Positions 25,680 to 34,733 of a stretch of DNA of 47,713 nt are shown here, piece after piece. Numbering within the stretch: position 1 is the stretch's first letter; every line of letters begins with the position of its first letter. Under the pieces are notes generated by a model. The model did not search any database. It was given only the letters and a program-made list of their open reading frames with translations, and was not told where the DNA came from. The stretch lies in assembly GCA_043722085.1 (NCBI GenBank), contig JAYSPL010000126.1, positions 1-47,713 of the forward strand, in the 5' to 3' direction. Both the position numbers and the translations under genes were made by a program. Origin of the DNA: Candidatus Altimarinota bacterium. Its GTDB lineage: Bacteria; Patescibacteriota; Gracilibacteria; BD1-5; UBA2023.

Positions 25680-25727
25680 AGCATGAGTGATCATAGGAGG
25701 AGGAGTTGAGAATATAGAGTACTTGAG

Positions 25728-25755
25728 ATTGTACAAAAATCGATACAAAAGTCAA
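25728..25755 (-). promoter_or_regulatory. sigma-70-type promoter for groES (-35 TTGACT, 16-nt spacer, -10 TACAAT)
   Basis: On the minus strand: ttgact (25755-25750), tttgtatcgatttttg, tacaat (25733-25728). It lies about 50 nt upstream of the groES ATG. Confidence 0.5.
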
Positions 25756-25767
25756 AGAAGTTTGACT
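25750..25767. promoter_or_regulatory. 18-bp perfect palindrome AGTCAAA-GAAG-TTTGACT overlapping the groES -35 box (candidate operator)
   Basis: agtcaaagaagtttgact: 7-bp arms with a 4-nt spacer. Located between divergent groES and the ORF at 25855. One arm is the -35 hexamer. Confidence 0.4.
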
Positions 25768-25854
25768 CGCCTTCAAGAGATTTTTTAAAAAAGTATTGTA
25801 TTCAAAAATAATAGTATACAATCTATATGTTTCATATTTTTTACCCTATTGTAT

Positions 25855-26253
25855 ATGGCAAAATCAAGTCTGACTTGGTGAGATACTCCCGAAGAAAAAA
25901 AGCTTCTCATATGACCGCTACTATGACTCATTCCAGGGGGGTGGCGAGCGATAGATCAGATCGGAGTTATTATGAATCATATTGATCTAGTACTACAATT
26001 AGCTGCAAGGCCATCAGGAACTCCTGTATGACAAAAATGAAATTCACTTGTAATAGATATACTCAAATGAGCCTATATGCGAAAAGAACCATGAAAATGG
26101 ACTCTCTATGGGGAAGAGACACAGAAACTCACGCATTTTGTGAGAAGTACGCTTCATGAAATACAATTTCCTTCTCAAGAACCAGTACAAACTTCTCATT
26201 CCGCGAATACTACTACTCCTGCGAATGAATGAAAATATGAGATAGCCGCCTAA
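25855..26253 (+). CDS. hypothetical protein (132 aa), UGA-rich
   Basis: 133 codons with no TAA/TAG and seven in-frame TGA. MAKSSLTW[G]DTPEEKKLLI[G]PLL[G]LIPGGWRAIDQIGVIMNHIDLVLQLAARPSG... Followed by a hairpin. Confidence 0.45.
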
Positions 26254-26267
26254 TCATAAATCTATAG

Positions 26268-26295
26268 AAAGACTCCCGAGTATTCGGGAGTCTTT
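26268..26295. terminator. hairpin between convergent genes
   Basis: Stem aaagactcccg / cgggagtcttt with a 5-nt loop. The flanking T content is modest on both strands. Confidence 0.5.
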
Positions 26296-26299
26296 ACTA

Positions 26300-26935
26300 T
26301 TATACCTCGTGCATCGTGTCGGGTTCCACATGTGGTATCTCACATCCAATCATAGTGAGATAGCTCTCCATATGCTCTACATCTCGGATTTGTTGGGCAT
26401 ATCGTTCTGATTTTGCAGTAACAGTATGGAACTTGTACTTGGTCAGGAGCTTGTAGACGAATTGCCAGTATGCAAACTCAGAGATATCTTTGCCTCCTAC
26501 GGTACGTAGTTCGGTGAGGTACCGCTGAGAAAAGATAAATTCATGCTTGGTCCCGATATTATCGAGATCAGCATCTTGTATAATATTTTCTAGATGCGTG
26601 TGTGGCGTGGAGAAGAGTACCGTGGCCATGATTATTTTTTCTATCTTTTCGATTCTACCCGAATCATGTCCATTTTTCTCGAGCCATACACGTGCAATCC
26701 TTGCTCCGATATGTTCATTTTTTTCATATTGTTCACTGAAGCCAGTATCGTGAAAGAGGCAAGCAATCTGGAGATCTTCGAGATCCTCATTGCTGACATC
26801 TTCAGCCATCGCTATATAGGTCGCTCTATCGAGGACACTGATACTATGTGCAGGATTATGATATGGATAGTCACGACACACGACGAGGAGATCTTGCGTA
26901 TATGATTTTGCGGATTCGACCAGTGAATTATGCAT
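26300..26935 (-). CDS. HD-domain metal-dependent phosphohydrolase
   Basis: ..YPYHNPAHSISVLDRATYIA..LQIACLFHDTGF.. (H...HD motif) and a later ..QDADLDNIG... Intact ORF with no TGA. Start chosen at MHNSLVES; the ORF track allows 26968. Confidence 0.75.
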   Translation of the reverse strand: MHNSLVESAKSYTQDLLVVCRDYPYHNPAHSISVLDRATYIAMAEDVSNEDLEDLQIACLFHDTGFSEQYEKNEHIGARIARVWLEKNGHDSGRIEKIEKIIMATVLFSTPHTHLENIIQDADLDNIGTKHEFIFSQRYLTELRTVGGKDISEFAYWQFVYKLLTKYKFHTVTAKSERYAQQIRDVEHMESYLTMIGCEIPHVEPDTMHEV

Positions 26936-27138
26936 GATTTTTGTATAAATATATATTTCTATAACCACTCTATCATATATTCTATTTTTTTACAAAAAAT
27001 TGCCTTGCTAAAATAAAAACTTTTTCTATAATCTGCCTTAATTTAGAAAACAAAAATTGTTTTTTTGGCGTTAGAAAGGGTAAATCTGTCTTTTTTATAT
27101 GTATTTTCTAGGCTTCTAATTCTTCCAATATTTCACTT

Positions 27139-28839
27139 ATGAATATCACTCATCGTGTCCTCCTTATAGCTGCACTCATTGTCCTTTCTGGCCTCTATAT
27201 CGTTCCCTGGAATCAATATGGTATTGATAACGCTTTTCTCAACAAGCCGTATACGCTCGGCCTCGACCTCCAATGAGGAGTGGAACTTGACTATAAGGTG
27301 GATCTTGATACCTTCAGATCCCAATCTGGTGCAACCACTGAGCAAAATGTTGTCGAAGGAATCAAATCAGTGATTGATAAGCGAGTCAACTCCCTGGGTC
27401 TCGCAGAACCAACGATCCAAACGGCCAAGTATGGAACGGATCATCATATTATCGTGCAGATCCCAACACAGGCGCATTCTGATCTCTCCGATGCTGAACG
27501 CAAAATCCGTAATAGTGAAGATATCAAAAAGGCCAAGGAGACGATCGGAAAAGTGGTGCAACTCGAATTTCGTGAAGAACGCTCTGGGATTACCGAGCAG
27601 GATAAAATAGAACGTAAGGCAATTGCAGAGAAAGCCGCTCTTGAGATTAAGACGACTCCATTTGCGACCGTTGGACAGAAGTATCGTGATCAGTATGAGA
27701 ATGTTGTATTCAATGTGGGTACGGGTTCGATTCCAAAAGAGATCACATTCTCAGGAAGTGACGCAATTACCACTTTTCCATATATTTCTCCAGTATTTCT
27801 AGCTCAAGGTGAACAAAGCTATACAAAGGATGCTAGTTGACAAGTTGTGCCCGTTGGAAATGCTGGGTATGCAATAGTATTGCTCGAATCAAAAAAAGGA
27901 GCTGGAACCGGCGCTATTTACGCGTATTCTTTTATCTTTGTTGACCAACGTCCAAGTGTGTGGCAAGCTGCAAAAACAGTGGATGGAAAAGTACTCAATG
28001 ATAAGTATCTGGTTAACTCTAGTGTTGGATTTACACAGGTTGGACAACCACAAGTAGAACTATTATTCAATGATGAAGGTAAAAAAATATTTGGTGAACT
28101 CACCAAGCGTCTCATTGGTAAGCAGATTGCTATATTTGTAGGAGGACAACTTCTCACAGCACCTACAGTACAAGCGGTGATCACTGACGGTAAAGCCGTG
28201 ATTACGGGTGACTACACTATCAAGTGAGCACAGTCCCTAGCAAACGATATCAATACGGGTATTGTACCAGCCCCAATATACCTGACCAGTGAACGCACTA
28301 TTGACGCAAAGATCGGATCTTCTTCGCTTCGTCAGATTCTCAATGCAGGCGCTATCGGCTTATTCGCCATTATTGTATTTCTGATGATATTCTACCGAGT
28401 CAGTGGTCTCTTGGCGGGAATAGCGCTCATTACCTATACATTGATATTGATTGCTCTCGTGAAAATGACAGGAGTAGTATTGACTCTTGCCTCAATTGCT
28501 GGTGTCATCCTCTCTATTGGTCTTGCTATTGACGCTAATATTCTGATTTTTGAGCGTATGAGAGAGGCGCTTCGTGACGGTAAAACACTGGATCAATCTA
28601 TCCATCTCGGATTTGAGAAATCCTGGACTGCTATCTGGGATTCACATATCACTTCACTGACTTCTGCAGTAATTCTCTATATTTTTGGTATCTCACTGAT
28701 CAAATGATTCGGGTTTATGCTCGGACTTGGCATCATCCTCTCTCTCTTTACTGCTATGTGGGTATCTCGAATTCTCATAATCGCAGTAGGACGAAAAATG
28801 AGTAATAATACAGCTGCATTCGTTGGATTTAGAAAATAG
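27139..28839 (+). CDS. secD: protein translocase subunit SecD
   Basis: 566 aa. N-terminal TM, GLDLQ[G]GVELDYKVD, a large periplasmic domain, then a six-TM C-terminal block (..LTLASIAGVILSIGLAIDANILIFERMREAL..). Pieces 27280.., 27847.. and 28384.. are in one frame. No secF follows. Confidence 0.88.
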
Positions 28840-28857
28840 TAAATGATTACTCTACCC

Positions 28858-28895
28858 AAAAAAAACAAGAAAGTAATTCTCTTGTTTTTTTTTGG
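28858..28895. terminator. bidirectional terminator
   Basis: Stem aacaaga / tcttgtt flanked by an A-run and a T-run, between the convergent secD and Mur-ligase stops. Confidence 0.55.
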
Positions 28896-28914
28896 ACTTA
28901 TGGGCCAATGCATT

Positions 28915-30216
28915 TTAGTCATTGTACATAGATATTGCGTTTTGAAATTCATCTCATTTCACTTCAAAGTTTTTCCAGATAGAGTAACTCGGTGAGGCAC
29001 AAGAGAGAATACAGATTTTTCATGGAGTGGTATGAGAAAATGCAAAATCAACCGCTTCTTTCATCGATTTGGTAATAAGGCATTTATACCGAGACAGATA
29101 ATCCGTAGACCATTCTATCAGCATTTGTTGTATTTTAATACCCGTATCTGGGAAAAATACTATATTTCGTATCGAAGAAGACTGTATGGCTTGAATGAGC
29201 GAAGAAAACTCATAACCACGATCACTTCCTCCGAGAAAAATGGTCTCAATTCATTCCAGAGCATGGATTGCTGCAATAGTACTCTCGGGAGTGGTTGAAA
29301 TTGCATCATCATAAAAAGAAATACCATTTTTTGTTTCGATGTATTCGAGTCGGTGAGGCAGTCATCTAAAATAAGCAATACTTGATTCTATTGATTCTAT
29401 ACTGATTCCCATAGCGTTTCAGACGGCGATTGTTGCCATGATATTTCTGAGATTGTGGTCTCATATCAGCTGTGTTTTGGATGTCTCAAATAACCGGGTT
29501 GATCGTGTATAGTAGTGCCCATTTTCTATATGAATCTGACCCAAATCGCCAAAAGTAATCCTTTCATTTTGGAATCTACCCAAGAGATCTCTAATTTCGG
29601 TTGGATATACAATCAAGGAATGGTTCCCAATTACTGAGAGTTTCGCATTCGTATAGTTTTCATACCCCAGGTGATAATCAAGATGTTCTGAATAGATATT
29701 TACAATAATGGAGATATACGGATCGATACTGAGTCAATCAAGCATATAACTTGACATCTCAAAAACCACATAGTCATAGTTCTCTTCGAGTGCATCCAGT
29801 ACAGGATTTCCTATATTCCCAACGATACCAACGCTATATCCGGCATCTTTGAGCATAGTGTAGATGAGACTTGTGGTCGTGGATTTTCCCTTTGTTCCGG
29901 TTACAGCGATAATTTTCCCTTTGTAGATATCAGAAAATAGCTGTGCTTGACTCGAGAGTTTCGATCGGTAGGGAAGTATATTCGGGTGGTATGGAGAAAT
30001 TCCGGGTGATTTGATTATCAGATCATATTCTGCTAGCGTATCGAGGTAACTCTCTCCAAGGAGATGCTTCTCTACAGCTAAAATGCCTCTTTCCAAATTA
30101 CTAAAATCCTCCAGCAATCGTGCATCAATGATCGTTATATCATGAACTCAAGATTTCCTGAGATAACGTAACGTAGACAGGCCTTCGCGTCAAAATCCCA
30201 AAATAGCAATTTTCAT
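28915..30216 (-). CDS. MurD-family Mur ligase paralogue (candidate MurD2-type UDP-MurNAc-L-Ala:glutamate ligase)
   Basis: 433 aa. MKIAILGF[G]REGLSTLRYL.., AVTGTKGKSTTTSLI (P-loop), SEHLDYH, LPHRLEYI, YDDAISTTPEST, FLGGSDRG, and C-terminal CASPSYSIWKNFEVK[G]DEF. Hand-translated to TAA 28915-28917. Confidence 0.8.
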
Positions 30217-30243
30217 GTGAGCAGAGAGAATCATAGTATGAAT

Positions 30244-31578
30244 TTATTGGTGGCGAAAAATGAGTGGAATATGGTGTTCATATTCGTGAAAGAGCTTGGT
30301 CTCCAGTACTTCCCAAGATTCTTTTGGCATGAGGTGGATCGTTTGTTTCTGAATATCTTGAAGTACTATTGGGAGAGGATTATCACTGAATGTCTCAATG
30401 CTTTTGTGCATGCTCCAGAGAATCTCTTCATTGGTACCAACACATTCAAACGGCTTATGTCCACTCACTCAGGCGAGTTCACGAAAGAGTGGTATGAGTG
30501 AAGCGTCTGTATACATATCATCACCAAATATTTGAGTAATTTCATCGTGACTAATACATGGATGGAGACATGCAAATACGAATGCACACTTTGGGCACTT
30601 GCGACACCATCGATCAGTTTTTGACTCAGTAGAGAGGAGTGTGAAATTGGTATTGCAACTGGTAAAACTCTGAAAATAGGCTCGATGTTTCGAGAATTGT
30701 TGAATAATATTTACCTCATAGTAGGGGCGCATCATACTAAAATAGATGATATTGTCACTGACATATCGAGCAATGTAGGTTCTAAACTCGTTCTCAAAGT
30801 CGATACTCTTGGAATACTGATGGTTGATCTCCATACCATAAAATTCAAGATTCCCAAAATTGGAACTCTGCTCATTACTAAATACGATATACTTGTAACT
30901 ATAGAGATATGCGACAAATGTAAGTACAAAAGATATCACACCCGTTATAGGAACATGACCATTGTAGTATCCTTCTCTATTGAGAATAAATAGTGTTTCA
31001 GAAAGTTTTCGTCTCACCAAGAGTCGCTGTTGTTCTGAGATTTCTGCAGTATCACTATAGATCCGATTCTCTTTTCCAAAGGTAAAGAGATCCATATCGA
31101 TTCATGACGCCAAGATTTTCTCTATGGTAACAATACTATCTTTTCATCCTCCAACAGGTACGATAGCCCTATCTCGAACTGATATAGTTTGTTTTTGATA
31201 GTGATGCTCGCCACGAGACACAAAATTAGCGAGCCCCCTGGGATCGATATTTTTTCTATAAAAAAACTCACCAAGTCAGAGCGTGTAAAACCGATTCCAA
31301 AATACTCGAGCGTCACTATCCAAAAAACCCGTTTCAACGATGATCTCTGGGGTGGGATAGAGTTTGTAATAACTGATTCCAAGGGCGATCGAGATATGGA
31401 AAAGAAACGTATCAATAGTATGATTATTCAGTGGAGCTTGAATCTCAAATTCACTATCACTAAAGTATATCTCTTCAGTGAATCGTGTGGTATGATCAAA
31501 AGAATAAAAAAACCGTGCAATAAGGGTTGATTTGTCGAATTCAAATCATTCAATGTAAAAAGTTTCAAAAGGTTTCAT
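30244..31578 (-). CDS. PP-loop-like / Cys-cluster protein, candidate MurL-type glycopeptidyl-glutamate epimerase
   Basis: 444 aa joining 30244..30468, 30469..31095 and a hand-translated N-terminus (MKPFETFYIEGFEFDK..). It contains AIVPVGGGKDS (SGGxDS-like) and RWCRKCPKCAFVF. It ends 27 nt upstream of the MurD paralogue on the same strand. Confidence 0.5.
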
Positions 31579-31919
31579 AGTATGCGGGAAAATTGAACCT
31601 GATTATATAAAAAAACCTGAAAATGTCGAAAAAAAACTCCCAGATCTGATCGATCCAGGAGAAGAGGCTGCGAAGAAGTTTAGGGGGTGGATGGAGAGGA
31701 AGGGCATTAGTGAGTGTGCTGTAATCCTTGTATAACAGTATTCATATCTTGATATCTTCTTCTTTCTTTCTTTTCTAGATAAGTCATATTCCATCGTTTT
31801 TTAAATTCTTCTTTATATACTCAGGTCGTAAAAAGGAGTATATGTTTGTCTCATACTTTTCAGAAAAAGGGGAGTAGTATTTTTTTAGTCTCAATAAGGT
31901 ACTGCATAATATCATTGTA

Positions 31920-33443
31920 TGTAGATAATCCTAGAGATACTCCTGTATCAGGGTCAGATAATTTTGGTATGTCTGATACCTGTATCTCTCGCGTGATGGC
32001 ATCAAAGATTTCTTTGGGAGTTGCCTGATACGATCACCGCATAAGTGCATTGATTGCTCAACGAAATTTATATATAGGATCTTCTTTTTCTTTCCATTGC
32101 TTTGCAGATCTTTTACTATACTGAATTTCGCATCCAATAGCCTGATTCTTATTACCCGTTCATAGACTCATGAATCCACTTTGGCTTGCATTTTTCATCT
32201 TTGGGTCACCTCATGGTTTATGTTCTACAAAAAGTGGCTGCTTTCTTGTACCAGTGATTACTTTTTGCAATGTGTTCTCATCGTCGAGCTCTCACTTGTT
32301 CTTGAGAATGTAACCACGGTGAGCTAGCATTCCGGATCATGCCCGAATAGTATCGATTATCATATCCTGGGAAGTGGTATCATCATATCCAATTCACATA
32401 CCGAGTGCATCTCGAACGACACTTGCCCTGATATACTCCCCCGTTTCCCATAGTTTTTTGAGCAGACTCTTTACAGACTTGACCCGCCATGATACTTCGA
32501 TAGGTTGATCGTTGAATGTATAACTTCAAGAGTGTATCACTGCTCACTGTGGATGCCGAGATGTTGTTATGGCTCACTGGAGAATAAATCAAGCTTTGAG
32601 TAGTTTTTTGGGTATCTCTTTGCATCTTTCCATCGTATCAGCGAAGTCCTCTTCTATAGTATTGACATCTCCCCACGCATGAAATGCTTGGATAACTTTC
32701 CATGCTTTTTTTCGATCATTTCATTTCCCAGTCCTAAATAACTCGGATAATACCTCTGTCAACTGATCAATACTTCGAACATAATAGATGCCCGATACAT
32801 CTACTCAAAATATCTCATTAAGGTAATGAAATATGCGATCTTTGGTTTGTAGAAAATAAACATCAATATTTGAATCAGTACATCAGGAAATATTCGATAC
32901 AAGCCCACTCACTATGAGTCTTCGAATATTTTTTTTTCTTGGTTTATCTCCAATTTGAGCGAATTCATAAGAATTCATATCGAGTATGGATGGTTGTTTG
33001 GATGCAAATTCGATAAATTTTTGGTTTTTACATACCTCTTTCACAAATAGAGGAATGTCATTTCCTATATCATTTTTTCTATTACGAAACAGAAACGCTT
33101 GGTATATATCAGGTACATATTCATCTGGTATATGCCATCAACTTATAGAGTTATTGACTCTATGGGTATGTATAACACGGATGAGATCGTTAAATACATG
33201 AGGGTGATCATAGAAAAAATTATGAATTCATAGCGTTTCTCATCTTTTTGGAAAATATCTATCAATCTGTTTTTGTATTTCCTCGACAGGGGTCAGATTT
33301 ATAATACTGGATATCGCTGAAGATGTAGATTGTACTTGTTCCTGAGTTCTTGTTATACGAAGAGTATCAATATCAGTAGTGGATATTTCCTTATTTATCC
33401 TATAGTGCACTTGTATTTTATATCTTTTTCTTATACTAAACAT
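31920..33443 (-). CDS. hypothetical protein (507 aa), no family recognised
   Basis: Hand translation of frame (low coordinate mod 3 = 0) from ATG 33443 gives 508 codons with no TAA/TAG and about 19 in-frame TGA. Ends TAA 31920-31922. The ORF track shows only the first 67 aa (33240..33443). Confidence 0.6.
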
Positions 33444-34716
33444 ATGTATCTTATTTTATTGAAAATGAAAGGTTGGCTCAGTCGTTGCAGCACTCTGTGA
33501 GTTTCACGGTATTTCTTATGAAATTTGTGATGATAGTAATCCGCCAAGTTCCTATCATCCTTATACGGTAATCATCCCATCCCCAGGAATTCCAAGTCAT
33601 CATCCTATCTATACAACAGGGAAGGTAATGTGTGAACTGGATTTTGCATACCAATTTCTTCCAGAAAAATTTCAGATTGTTTCAGTGACCGGAACAGATG
33701 GTAAGTCCACTACCGCATGGATTATGTATAATATACTGGAAAAAGAATTTTCTGTCAAGAAATCCGTATATCTTTCTGGTAATTTCGATATTCCATTTTC
33801 GAGTACCATTCTCCAAATCCTCAGAGCGCGACAAAAAAAATGAATTATTGTCGTAGAAGTATCGAGTTTTATGGCATTCGCTATTAATCAGTATCAGTCG
33901 GATTATTCTATATTTACGAATTTTAAGCGAGATCATCTCAATTGGCATCGAGATCTTGGGGAATATCTGGACGCTAAGATGAATATCATGCACCGTACCA
34001 AAAAAAGGGCCATATTGAATCGCCAAATCATTCAATTCGCACAAACAGAGAAGCTCAGTATCAAGATACCTGATCATACTCGGATTTTTGCGAATGACAT
34101 GTCTATGGATGACGCGACGGATGGGAACAATATCCGGGTATCCGGATATACGAGATACCTCCTCTCTGACACTCATTTCTCTGGTGAACACAATGCGATG
34201 AATATCCTCGCTTGCGCTCTTGTTGCGAAGGAGATGAAGATACCTTCAAAACGAATACAAGAATCGCTCGAAAGTATTACTGGATTACCACATCGTCTTG
34301 AGGTCATTGGAAATGTGTGAGGATTGACGATAGTAGAAGACTCCAAATCAACCAGCGCACAGAGCCTCGCTGCAGCATTGGGATCATTTGGGAATACCAA
34401 AAATTTATTACTCATAGTAGGTGGTTCGGATAAATGAGATACGTTTGCACACTTGGCTCCTCTATTTGAGGATCGTGTAAAGGCTATGGTATGTATTGGG
34501 GAGACCAAGAATCGTTTTATCCAAATTGCTCTCCAAACAACAATCCTATATCTCGCCATCGATGCGCTCGAACCTGCCGTACGATGGCTCTATGAACAGG
34601 GAAGTCGTGATGACATCTTGATGCTATCTCCCGGGTGTGCGAGTTTCTGATTGTTTCATGACTATCTCGATCGGGCCAATCAATTTCGTGAAGCTATAAA
34701 AAATCTCTCAAACTAA
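33442..34716 (+). CDS. murD: UDP-N-acetylmuramoylalanine--D-glutamate ligase (start codon uncertain)
   Basis: ..ILFY[G]K[G]KVGSVVAAL.. (Rossmann), VTGTDGKSTT, FKRDHLNWH, GLPHRLEVIG, EDSKSTSAQS, VGGSDK[G] and LSPGCASF. Frame mod 3 = 1 to TAA 34714-34716. No ATG/GTG/TTG lies in frame between the upstream stop (33403-33405) and the Rossmann motif, so ATA 33442 is used as a placeholder. Confidence 0.85.
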
Positions 34717-34732
34717 GTTTGAGAGATTTTTT
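34699..34732. terminator. bidirectional terminator
   Basis: Stem aaaatctctcaaac / gtttgagagatttt with loop taa. It overlaps the ends of murD (+) and the 1133-aa gene (-). Confidence 0.7.
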
Positions 34733-34733
34733 A

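Noticed and set aside
31603-32625. Minus-strand ORFs 31603..31794, 31931..32137 and 32383..32625, plus plus-strand ORFs 31846..32028 and 32986..33201, considered as separate small genes.
   Set aside because: Four of them overlap the 507-aa table-25 reading frame in other frames or on the opposite strand. ORF 31603..31794 lies in the murL-like upstream region and has low-complexity composition. None has support.
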